Source: Candidatus Yanofskybacteria bacterium RIFCSPHIGHO2_01_FULL_43_32 (GTDB lineage Bacteria > Patescibacteriota > Minisyncoccia > 2-02-FULL-40-12 > GWA2-44-9). From it: DNA of 64,000 bases. This document shows, piece by piece, positions 9,346-17,845 of this stretch. The stretch is taken from assembly GCA_001794125.1 (NCBI GenBank), contig MGJF01000002.1, positions 108,514 to 172,513 of the forward strand. The letters are read 5' to 3'. The notes beneath the pieces are model-generated. The model had not been told where the DNA came from. It saw only the letters and a list, made by a program, of their open reading frames with translations, and did not search any database. A program made the position numbers and the translations under genes. The number at the start of each line of letters is the position of its first letter. Position 1 is the stretch's first letter.

Positions 9346-11016
9346 ATGGTTTCATCGGAACAAAAAGAAACGGTTTTTTTGGGGGAGACAAGCTTTAGGA
9401 ACAATAAGGTCCGTTTTGGCATTAAACAGGATGACCGCAGAAGGCACATGTATGTCGTCGGTTCAACCGGAATGGGAAAGTCCGAATTTCTCAAGAGTAT
9501 GGCCATTCAGGATATTGAAGCTGGACGGGGCGTATGTTTTATTGATCCTCACGGCGATTCGGCCGATGATCTGCTCGACTATGTTCCGGAAAACCGGATA
9601 AAAGACGTTATTTATTTTGATCCGGATGACCTGCAATATCCCATAGCATTTAACGTTATGGAGGGAATAGGGTTTGACTATAGGCACTTGGTTGCATCGG
9701 GTCTCGTGGGCGTGTTTAAAAAAATTTGGGGAGCTGAAGCGTGGTCCGGAAGGATGGAATATATTTTAAATAATACCATTTTGGCTCTTCTTGAATATCC
9801 GGATTCAACCCTTCTGGGAATCAATAGATTGATGTCCAGTAAAGAATATCGGAAAAAAGTTGTTGCCAATGTAACTGACCCGATCGTTAAAGCTTTTTGG
9901 ACTGACGAATTTGCCAAATACGCCGACAAATTTGCTACAGAAGCTACGGCGGCCATACAAAACAAAGTCGGACAATTCGCCTCAAATAATGTCATCAGAA
10001 ATATTCTCGGCCAGCCCAAATCCAAGATAAATATCAGAAAGATCATGGATGAAGGCAAAATCATGATTGTTAATGTTTCAAAAGGCAAGATTGGAGAAGA
10101 CGCCTCGCGTTTATTGGGAGCTTTTCTTATTACTAAAATACAATTGGCGGCGATGTCGAGAGTTGATACGCCCGAATCAGAAAGAAAGGATTTTTATCTG
10201 TATGTAGACGAGTTTCAAAATTTTGCGACGGAATCTTTCGCTAATATTTTGTCGGAAGCCAGAAAATATCATTTGAGCTTGGTGATGGCCCATCAATATA
10301 TAAAACAAATGGAAGAACCGGTTATGGATGCGGTGTTTGGAAACGTCGGCACTATTGTTTCTTTCAGGGTCGGCGCCGAAGATGCCGAATATTTGGAAAA
10401 ATGGTTCCAGCCAGATTTTATGATGAATGATATTGTAAATCTCGGGAAGCGTAGTATGTATCTGAAGTTGATGATAAGCGGTGTCTCGTCAAAAGGATTT
10501 TCGGCCTCAACGCTGGAAAGATTTCCCAAACTGGAAAACTCAAACCGCCAGGCAATAATTGACGCCTCACGTGAGGCTTATAGCACCCCGAAGAGTATCG
10601 TAGAAAAAGAAATAGCCGAATGGGCCGGGCCGGTTGCTGAAGAATCTTTCACGAGACCAATACCGGAGCGCAAAAGAGATGACAGGCCCTTCAGCTCGGT
10701 TCAGGGCAAGCCAGCTTATGGACCGCCTCCCCTTCGACCAAACTCAGGTCAGGGCAGAGAAGGGAGGCCTTATCCGCCGAGAAGAGAAGAAAATAGGCCG
10801 CCATCTAGACCGCCTCAAAATAATATTCAAACCATCAAGCCCAAAGAGGCGTCTTTGAGCGCCTTAACTGCCCCAGTCGATTTCAGGGGCCGTAAAATAG
10901 ATGATAAATGGAAGGGAAAGAAACCTTCCTTCGCTAAAGCTTCGGAGGGCAAAAAGGAAGTAGACACCGGCGAATTGAAGAAACTGCTGGAGGAGTCGTT
11001 GAAAAAGAAAGAATAA
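9346..11016 (+). CDS. Type IV coupling-protein-like/HerA-FtsK-superfamily ATPase
   Basis: Walker A GSTGMGKS, IDPHGD, Walker B LYVDEFQN, SEARKY, AHQY. Confidence 0.85.
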   Translation: MVSSEQKETVFLGETSFRNNKVRFGIKQDDRRRHMYVVGSTGMGKSEFLKSMAIQDIEAGRGVCFIDPHGDSADDLLDYVPENRIKDVIYFDPDDLQYPIAFNVMEGIGFDYRHLVASGLVGVFKKIWGAEAWSGRMEYILNNTILALLEYPDSTLLGINRLMSSKEYRKKVVANVTDPIVKAFWTDEFAKYADKFATEATAAIQNKVGQFASNNVIRNILGQPKSKINIRKIMDEGKIMIVNVSKGKIGEDASRLLGAFLITKIQLAAMSRVDTPESERKDFYLYVDEFQNFATESFANILSEARKYHLSLVMAHQYIKQMEEPVMDAVFGNVGTIVSFRVGAEDAEYLEKWFQPDFMMNDIVNLGKRSMYLKLMISGVSSKGFSASTLERFPKLENSNRQAIIDASREAYSTPKSIVEKEIAEWAGPVAEESFTRPIPERKRDDRPFSSVQGKPAYGPPPLRPNSGQGREGRPYPPRREENRPPSRPPQNNIQTIKPKEASLSALTAPVDFRGRKIDDKWKGKKPSFAKASEGKKEVDTGELKKLLEESLKKKE

Positions 11017-11050
11017 ACAGCTCCAGCCAGCACAATTTATTTCGATAGTT

Positions 11051-11191
11051 CACACAACCTCCATGCATGCGGAGGGAGACGCCTTCATCCCACGAAGAAC
11101 CGCATAAAACCCTGCTGGGTTTTTGCTCTCTCTCGGCTACCCGCCTGCGAACGTTCTTCTTTGGAATGAAGGCGTCTCCCTCCGCCGGTTG
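11051..11191 (+). repeat. Repeat family 2 copy whose central hairpin holds a minimal family 1-like module (11082-11172, minus strand)
   Basis: caacctccatgcatgcggagggagac...gtctccctccgccggttg; insert bounded by ccttcatccca/tggaatgaagg as at 51459/51618. Confidence 0.8.
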
Positions 11192-11229
11192 CTATTGTTT
11201 TTATATCACTTTAACGAGGCGAATAAAAA

Positions 11230-11360
11230 GCGAAAGGCAATTGGCTTAGAGGAACGACCCGCAGGCGCTTGGGCTTGGTTCCTCCAAGCGCCGAGGGAGA
11301 AGAAATTTTTATCGCTGGAATAAAAATATTCTGGTTCCGAGAAGCCAGTTGCCTTGAGCG
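11230..11360 (+). repeat. Structured repeat family 1, subtype B (uninterrupted)
   Basis: Matches 3414-3600. Confidence 0.85.
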
Positions 11361-11406
11361 AGTCTTGCTGTTTGGTAAGTTTGTGTTATTTTAGCGGTAT
11401 TGAGTT

Positions 11407-12675
11407 ATGTCCAACAAATACTACAAAAAATTTATCAGGATACCGCCGTCGGAGAGTATAGATATCAGGGATATTATGCCCATTGTCCATCACCCGCTTT
11501 TCCAGCGGCTCCTGCATATTTTGCAGTTAGGGGCGAATTTGGGAGTTTTTCCGGGGGCATCCCACAATCGTTTTGAGCATGCTCTTGGCGTTTACGGCAA
11601 GACCTCTCTTTTTTGCGAACGTCTGGTCAGAGAAAGTTTTCTGACCCGATATCAGGCCAAAAACATTTCGCTTTTCGGACTGCTTCACGATATCGGCCAT
11701 GGTCCGTTTTCTCATGTGATAGAAGAGCTTACGCCCGTGAATCACGATGAAAATGGATTTAAAATCATAGGCCAGCTGAATAAAGAAATAAAAGAATCAG
11801 GCGGCGACCCGAAATTTATCAAGGCCCTATTCGGGCGGAAAAATAGTTTTTATAAAATCGTGATGGATAAAAATCTTGGCATGGATAAGCTGGATTATCT
11901 TGAACGGGACGTATATCATACCGGATTCGGCCAAAGGCCGGACATAAAAAGCGTGTTTGATTATTTGAGTTTTATTGACGGGCATTTGGTAATAGACAAG
12001 AAATCGCTTGAAGCCGCCAAACAAACACAGCGCCTGTATATGTATATGTATAAGGAATTTTATCTGCATAAATCTTCCCAAATAAGCCAGCGTTTCTTGG
12101 AAAAAATGATCGCGATGTGGATAAAATTGGATAAAATAAATCCCGGCAAACTGTGGCTGATGAATGACACCGAGTTATCGGCCCATATTTATACGCACAA
12201 AAATCCTGTTTTGCAATTCTTCTACCAATCATATAAAACCAGAAATCTTCCCAAAACCGGACTGGTTATCCGGCTCAAGAATCGCCAGTCCAAAGAAAGA
12301 ATAAGCGGCAAAAAGATTAAAGTTATCGGAGAAGACAAATTATTTTTTGAAAAGTTTACAAAGCATTCGTCTTTTGGAGAGCTTGAAAAACTTGAAAATT
12401 TGATCGGCAAAGCTGTGGGAATTGAGCCGTATAAAATAGTTGTTGTTCCGATGACCACTCCATGGCGGTTTGTGCCCGAAGACATACTTTACCACGACGA
12501 CGGCAATATATTTTCCCTGAAAAAAACCCATCCGGAATATTTTGCCGCGATGAAATTAGAGGCCGACGACTATGTGGCCGTAAGAATTTGCATTATAGGA
12601 AACAGGGGCTTGATACATAAAAACTCCGAGCTGATTCACGGGCTTATTAAAAAACATCTGGGAGGCGGCAAGTAA
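11407..12675 (+). CDS. HD-domain phosphohydrolase (dNTPase/SAMHD1-like)
   Basis: FQRL..I.QLG, HNRFEHALG, LLHDIGHGPFSH, DKLDYLERD. Confidence 0.9.
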   Translation: MSNKYYKKFIRIPPSESIDIRDIMPIVHHPLFQRLLHILQLGANLGVFPGASHNRFEHALGVYGKTSLFCERLVRESFLTRYQAKNISLFGLLHDIGHGPFSHVIEELTPVNHDENGFKIIGQLNKEIKESGGDPKFIKALFGRKNSFYKIVMDKNLGMDKLDYLERDVYHTGFGQRPDIKSVFDYLSFIDGHLVIDKKSLEAAKQTQRLYMYMYKEFYLHKSSQISQRFLEKMIAMWIKLDKINPGKLWLMNDTELSAHIYTHKNPVLQFFYQSYKTRNLPKTGLVIRLKNRQSKERISGKKIKVIGEDKLFFEKFTKHSSFGELEKLENLIGKAVGIEPYKIVVVPMTTPWRFVPEDILYHDDGNIFSLKKTHPEYFAAMKLEADDYVAVRICIIGNRGLIHKNSELIHGLIKKHLGGGK

Positions 12676-12678
12676 GAA

Positions 12679-12724
12679 ACAAACAAACTAAAACCAAGTC
12701 AATGACTTGGTTTTAGTTTGTTTG
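12679..12724. terminator. Long hairpin, probable bidirectional terminator
   Basis: acaaacaaactaaaaccaagtca/tgacttggttttagtttgtttgt inverted repeat. Confidence 0.7.
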
Positions 12725-12933
12725 TGCGCCCAGTTGGAATCTCACATCGTCCGCAAAATGACTCGCCAGGCCTAGCATTTTGCTTCTCTCCTTGAAACCT
12801 TGCGGTTTCAATTCCCTGCCTTCGGCAGGCTTCCACCACGGGAAAGAACTTTTCTTTCCCGACCCCTATCTTGTTCGAATCTTCCAGGAGCGGCAAAAGA
12901 TAAGACCGGTATTTAGCCGGTCTTATCTTTTGA
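12723..12933 (-). mobile_element. 211-bp mini-island bounded by a duplication of the tRNA-Lys 3' end
   Basis: tgtgcgcccagttgga at 12723-12738 is identical to 12934-12949. Confidence 0.6.
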
Positions 12934-12935
12934 TG

Positions 12936-13008
12936 TGCGCCCAGTTGGATTCGAACCAACGACCGTCTCCTTAAAAGGGAGCTGCTCTACCAACTGAGCT
13001 ATGGGCGC
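12936..13008 (-). tRNA. tRNA-Lys(TTT), CCA not encoded
   Basis: GCGCCCA/TGGGCGC acceptor stem, TAGCTCAGTTGGTAGAGC D-arm, anticodon loop CTTTTAA, GGTTCGAATCC T-arm. Confidence 0.95.
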
Positions 13009-13138
13009 GATATTAAATCTTAAGGCATACTATGTAATACAGATTAGCAAAAATTAAGCCACAATTCAACCCGAATATCAATTTTGAAATAGGTCTTCTA
13101 AAGTGCTATGTTGGATAGACAGGATATCTATTATGGCC

Positions 13139-13975
13139 ATGAAAAATAAAAACGTCAAATATACCAAATATCAGGCGGAAACCGTATATATTGGCGAGTC
13201 CATTGACTTAAAAAAGGTTCAGGAAGGCGTTAAACAGTACTCATATTTAAACAGAGAAGACCCTTTGGTAATCAAGCTTCTCAAAGACCAGTATGCCGTC
13301 CTTACCAAGTTTGGAACGGTAACCTTCTGGAATGTTCCTGTCAATTTGCGCAAGCAGTTTTTGGGAGAAGTCCGGCCGTATATCAAAAGCAAAAAAGAAC
13401 ATTACCCATATGACGAAGATACTAAGGTTTTGATCGGCGGAGGCATAGAAAAAGTAACTTTTGAGAAGGTTTACTCGGCTCATCTTGGTGTCGAAAAAAT
13501 AAAAATAATATCGTATGTTCTTTCGCAGTCGGTGGCGCTTGAAAGATACGAAGATGACATTGACAGGAACCTGTCGGATTTTGAGATAGTCGTTGATAAT
13601 TTAAAAACAAAAGGAAAGGCCCTGTTTTCCGAAAAAAAATTACTGAAACAGATCGGCAAGGTTTTCTCGGTCAAACAGACAACCGTTGTTCATCTTGCCT
13701 TGTTTGATAAGCCGGAATCGATCTGGGAATCGCCGGACTTGGAAACTCTTTATAACAAGATGAGTTCGGAATACGATCTAAAAGTCAGGTTCGATGTTCT
13801 TGATAAAAAAATAGATTATCTTTCGGACATTTCTAAAATGATGATGGAATTTCTCGCCGAGAAAAGAAATGCTTTTTTGGAAATTATCATTATTATTCTT
13901 ATCGCCATTGACATCGTACTTTGGTTTATACCCCCGTTTCCGGAAGTGGTGAAATATTTATCCAAATTTTTATGA
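13139..13975 (+). CDS. RMD1/DUF155 family protein (start 13133 or 13139)
   Basis: FGTVTFWN, S..LSQSV.L..YE, P...WE.P.LE.LY, LE.III.LI. Confidence 0.85.
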   Translation: MKNKNVKYTKYQAETVYIGESIDLKKVQEGVKQYSYLNREDPLVIKLLKDQYAVLTKFGTVTFWNVPVNLRKQFLGEVRPYIKSKKEHYPYDEDTKVLIGGGIEKVTFEKVYSAHLGVEKIKIISYVLSQSVALERYEDDIDRNLSDFEIVVDNLKTKGKALFSEKKLLKQIGKVFSVKQTTVVHLALFDKPESIWESPDLETLYNKMSSEYDLKVRFDVLDKKIDYLSDISKMMMEFLAEKRNAFLEIIIIILIAIDIVLWFIPPFPEVVKYLSKFL

Positions 13976-14961
13976 AGCAAGAAATCTCAAAATTATTGCG
14001 GGTAGGCGTTTTAATGGGCGGCCCTTCTTCAGAGCACGATGTCTCTCTGAATACCGGTCAAAATGTTATTGAGAATTTAGATAAAGCAAAATACGAGCCG
14101 GTTGTTATTAAAATTTCTAAGACCGGTAAGTGGTTTTCAGGAAGCAAGCCGACAACTCCGGACAAAGTTTTCAAGTTGTGTGATGTTGTTTTTAACGCTC
14201 TTCACGGGACATTCGGCGAAGACGGCAAGATTCAGGGCATTTTGGAGCATAGCGGGGTTAAATATACCGGTTCAGGGATTGCCGGCTCAGCCATAGCCAT
14301 GGATAAATTCCATAGCCGGGAAATATTCAAACTGGCAGGACTCAACGTTCCTCGAACAATGAAATTAAAGAGAGGAGAAAACTATGCGGCACAGCTTAGT
14401 TTTTTTATAAATAAAATAGTAAAGCTTCCTGTTGTCGTGAAGCCGTGTTCAAGCGGTTCTTCTGTCGGGATTCAGATAGTGGAGAATGTGGCGAAATTGG
14501 AAAAAGCGGTTGTTGCGGCTTTCAAGTTGGATAAATTTGTTCTGGTAGAGGAGTTTATAAAGGGCCGGGAATTAACCTGCGGAGTTTTGGATAATCTCAA
14601 CGGTCAGCAGGTTTCCGCTCTTCCGGTGACGGAAATAATTCCCGTTAAAAATCATAAATTTTTTAATTATGACGCTAAATACAAAACAGGACATTCCAAC
14701 GAAATAACGCCGGCGCCGCTTGACGAAGCTCTGACTAAAAAAGTTCAGGACATAGCCGTCCGGGCCCATCAGGTTTTAGGGTGCAGCGGATATTCAAGAA
14801 CGGATATGATTTTAAAGCAGGGCAATGGCACAATATATATATTGGAAACAAATACTTTGCCGGGACTAACAAAGAATTCTCTTCTCCCGAAAGCCGCTCA
14901 AACAGCCGGTTTGACGTTCACTCAATTATTGGATAAGGTAATCGAAAGCTCTTTGGTGTAA
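13972..14961 (+). CDS. ddl: D-alanine--D-alanine ligase
   Basis: GGPSSEHDVSL, LHGTFGEDG, GSSVG, YDAKY, ETNTLPG; ATGA overlap with the upstream gene. Confidence 0.95.
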   Translation: MKQEISKLLRVGVLMGGPSSEHDVSLNTGQNVIENLDKAKYEPVVIKISKTGKWFSGSKPTTPDKVFKLCDVVFNALHGTFGEDGKIQGILEHSGVKYTGSGIAGSAIAMDKFHSREIFKLAGLNVPRTMKLKRGENYAAQLSFFINKIVKLPVVVKPCSSGSSVGIQIVENVAKLEKAVVAAFKLDKFVLVEEFIKGRELTCGVLDNLNGQQVSALPVTEIIPVKNHKFFNYDAKYKTGHSNEITPAPLDEALTKKVQDIAVRAHQVLGCSGYSRTDMILKQGNGTIYILETNTLPGLTKNSLLPKAAQTAGLTFTQLLDKVIESSLV

Positions 14962-14971
14962 GGGGTTAGGA

Positions 14972-15172
14972 ATGCTACGCTTATTCTTGTTTGCGGTGTA
15001 TATTGGTTTTGGAACATTTTTTATGATTCCAATTTTGTTCTTTTATGCACTTAAAGGAACTACCCTAAAAAAGTTTTTTCTTCGAATCGGATTGATCCTT
15101 GTTTATATAGTGGTATTCATATTTCTATATCCATATGCGTTTGTACTTATAACTGGTTATTCACTTCCTTAA
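14972..15172 (+). CDS. Small hydrophobic hypothetical protein (2 TM)
   Basis: 66-aa ORF followed by hairpin aatcggaca/tgtccggtt plus T-tract. Confidence 0.5.
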   Translation: MLRLFLFAVYIGFGTFFMIPILFFYALKGTTLKKFFLRIGLILVYIVVFIFLYPYAFVLITGYSLP

Positions 15173-15207
15173 TCGGACAAATGTCCGGTTTTTTAATTTT
15201 AATAACT

Positions 15208-15328
15208 CACACAACCTCTATGCATGACTGCGGGGTGCCCTTTTCTAAAATCTTACTAATTTTATAAAAGGGCACGCCCTCCGCCAGTTGTTTAAGTAAT
15301 AGCTTACAATTGGCAATAGGGTTTCAAA
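15208..15328 (+). repeat. Repeat family 2
   Basis: Close to the reverse complements of 22381-22499 and 37907-38025. Confidence 0.85.
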
Positions 15329-15334
15329 GTAATA

Positions 15335-15558
15335 AAGCGCAGCCCGGCATCTTATTGAAGCCCGTCCGAACAGGCGGGCTTGGTGTCCACGCCATAGTTC
15401 GTAAGAGAAGCTATTCAAGCTTTAGGCTTTCCGTCAGATGAGTAATGCTATTCAATAAACATCATGATATGGCAGGCTGGACCCGCCGTCGTGAGGACAA
15501 GTGGAGCCAATCGCTGGAGCAATCGGAACGGGCTGAAATAAGGTGTCGGGCGGAGCTT
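15335..15558 (+). other. Large structured element upstream of aspS, related to family 1
   Basis: Outer stems cccggcatcttat/ataaggtgtcggg and gcccgtccga/tcggaacgggc; internal GCTTGGT, GCTGGA and CGCTGGAG motifs. Confidence 0.55.
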
Positions 15559-15590
15559 GTCTGACAATGTTTTTATGTTAAGATAAAATC

Positions 15591-16910
15591 ATGATTAAAA
15601 GCAGGGTTTTATCTTCGGAACTCAAAAACAATGTCGGTAAAAACGTGGTCATCGCCGGCTGGTTGTATAAAAAACGTGAATTGGGAGGGATGACTTTTTT
15701 GATTGTCAGGGACAGAGACGGCTTGATTCAGGTTCTTGATGACAAATCCAAAGAATCCGAAAAACTAAAAGGACTTTATCCGGGAACCGTTTTAATCGTC
15801 GAAGGAGAGGTTGTTGAAGAAAAGCGGGCTCCAGGCGGAATTGAAATTCATGATCCCAAGCTTAAAATCGAGGTGCCGGTGGAGTTTGTTCCCCCGATAG
15901 AAATCGATAAACCGCTAAGCCATGACTCTGAAAATCTCGACACACTTTTTGATTATAGGGTCATTGGTTTACGCAACGTAAAAGAGTCGGCCGTATTTAA
16001 GATACTGGCTGAAGTTAAAGATTCAATGCGCCGGTTTCTTAAAAAAAATGATTTTGTAGAATTCAACAGCCCCAAGCTTTTAGCCGGTTCGACTGAAGGC
16101 GGCGCCGAGGTTTTTAAACTGGATTATTTCGGTAAACCGGCCACGCTTGCTCAATCAGCCCAGTTTTACAAACAGATAATGGTTGGAGTTTTTGAGCGAG
16201 TATTTGAAATTAATCCCACCTATCGCGCCGAACGAAGTGCTACGACCCGCCACATGACCGAGTTCATGCATCTTGACGTTGAGATGGGATTCATAGATTT
16301 TGAAGGATTGATTAATATTATCGGGAGAATGCTTAAAGAAATAACCGAACAGGTTTGGGAAAATTGTGAACCGGAACTTGTTTCATGGGAAGCGGTAAAA
16401 CCGGTATTACCGGAAGAAATTCCGGTTATGACACTGGCCGATATACATGAAAAATATTCGGCTGCTAATGAACAGCAAACTATCGGAGAAAAAGATTTGC
16501 GGCCAGATGAAGAACGCTGGATTTGCGAGTACGCGAAGGAGAAGTTCGGCAGTGAAGCGGTTTTTGTGATCGAATGGCCGGCAAGCGAAATGAAGTTTTA
16601 TCACAAACTTAACGAAAAAAATCCCAATATTGCCGACAGGTTTGACCTCATATTCAGAGGCGTGGAAATATGCACGGGCAGTATGCGCGAACATCGTTAT
16701 GATAAGCTTATCCGGCAATTGAAAGACCTTGCTGGAGGCGATCCGGAAAATCCGGGTTTTAAATATTATTTGCAGGCTTTTCAATTCGGCATGCCTCCTC
16801 ACGGGGGAGTCGGTATGGGCCTTGAGCGCTTGACCCAGAAGATCATCGGCCTTTCCAACGTAAAGGAAGCATCACTTTTTCCGCGAGACATGAACCGTCT
16901 TGCTCCCTGA
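15591..16910 (+). CDS. aspS: Aspartate--tRNA(Asp/Asn) ligase, short archaeal-type non-discriminating form
   Basis: OB-fold N-terminus, TEGGAEVF, LAQSAQFYKQ, RHMTEF, GMPPHGGVGMGLER; 439 aa without GAD insert. Confidence 0.9.
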   Translation: MIKSRVLSSELKNNVGKNVVIAGWLYKKRELGGMTFLIVRDRDGLIQVLDDKSKESEKLKGLYPGTVLIVEGEVVEEKRAPGGIEIHDPKLKIEVPVEFVPPIEIDKPLSHDSENLDTLFDYRVIGLRNVKESAVFKILAEVKDSMRRFLKKNDFVEFNSPKLLAGSTEGGAEVFKLDYFGKPATLAQSAQFYKQIMVGVFERVFEINPTYRAERSATTRHMTEFMHLDVEMGFIDFEGLINIIGRMLKEITEQVWENCEPELVSWEAVKPVLPEEIPVMTLADIHEKYSAANEQQTIGEKDLRPDEERWICEYAKEKFGSEAVFVIEWPASEMKFYHKLNEKNPNIADRFDLIFRGVEICTGSMREHRYDKLIRQLKDLAGGDPENPGFKYYLQAFQFGMPPHGGVGMGLERLTQKIIGLSNVKEASLFPRDMNRLAP

Positions 16911-16915
16911 CCACT

Positions 16916-17845
16916 ATGCGATCAAAGCTGTATATTTTAGCAATTTCTTTGGCGGGTTTAGTTATTGTGAGCATTCTTTTTGTCATGGATTCTTCTCAAA
17001 AGAACAATCTTGCAAATGCCGAACCGGCTTTTAACAGTTCCCAGGCTTATCTTCTTCCTATTTCCGAGCCGAGTTATTTTCCAATCTATGATTCTAAAAT
17101 CGAAAAACCGGTGATTGACGCTAAAGCGGGCATAGTTTACGATACGCGGTCCGGAAGATTTCTTTTCACAAAGAATTCGAGAATCAAACTGCCCGTTGCT
17201 TCTTTGACCAAGATATTGAGCGCGATTGTTGTATTGGAAAATATTGACACGAAAGAAGCGGTAGTAATTCCGAAAGAGGCGCTTAAGGTTGACGAGGAAA
17301 AGCAGAGCTTGTATCTGGGAGAAGAGATCACGGTTCAGAATCTTCTGAAACTGATGCTGATAGAATCTTCCAACGATGCCGCTTATGCTTTGGCTTGGCA
17401 TGTCAACGGCAAAGGAATCGGTTTCGTGGATAAAATGAACGAAAAAGCCCGGTCACTAAGCATGAACGACTCAAGCTTTCTTGACCCGGCCGGTTTGAGC
17501 GACGATGCTTACTCCACTTCGGAAGATCTGGTGAAGTTGATTAAATATTCCTTTAAACACGATTTGATCTGGCGGATTTTGACCGAGAAAAGCATTATCG
17601 TAAAATCAATCGACGGCAAGATAGAGCATAATGTTGAAAGCACGGACCAGCTTTTGGGAGTTATACCGGATATCTTTGGAGGCAAAACGGGATATACCGA
17701 TAATGCTCTGGGTTGTATGATATTGGTGGTGGATATTCCCGATAAAAATGATAAACTGATAAGCGTGGCACTTGGTTCGCGGTTGCGTTTTGACGACACA
17801 AAAAAATTAATCGACTGGGCTAAATCGGCACATAGATGGGACTAA
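16916..17845 (+). CDS. D-alanyl-D-alanine carboxypeptidase (peptidase S11)
   Basis: ASLTK, SSN and KTG motifs. Confidence 0.9.
   Translation: MRSKLYILAISLAGLVIVSILFVMDSSQKNNLANAEPAFNSSQAYLLPISEPSYFPIYDSKIEKPVIDAKAGIVYDTRSGRFLFTKNSRIKLPVASLTKILSAIVVLENIDTKEAVVIPKEALKVDEEKQSLYLGEEITVQNLLKLMLIESSNDAAYALAWHVNGKGIGFVDKMNEKARSLSMNDSSFLDPAGLSDDAYSTSEDLVKLIKYSFKHDLIWRILTEKSIIVKSIDGKIEHNVESTDQLLGVIPDIFGGKTGYTDNALGCMILVVDIPDKNDKLISVALGSRLRFDDTKKLIDWAKSAHRWD

Noticed and set aside
3391-11323. Paralogous small ORFs 3391-3597 and 11123-11323 sharing EERPAGAWAWF..APREKKF
   Set aside because: The similarity comes from repeat family 1. Conservation follows base-pairing rather than codons, and the starts and ends differ.
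12723-12745. Second tRNA-Lys gene
   Set aside because: Only the 3' end is duplicated; there is no D-arm or anticodon arm.
15335-15558. Canonical T-box leader for aspS
   Set aside because: No T-box consensus or terminator/antiterminator found, and a separate -10-like box lies right before the ATG.
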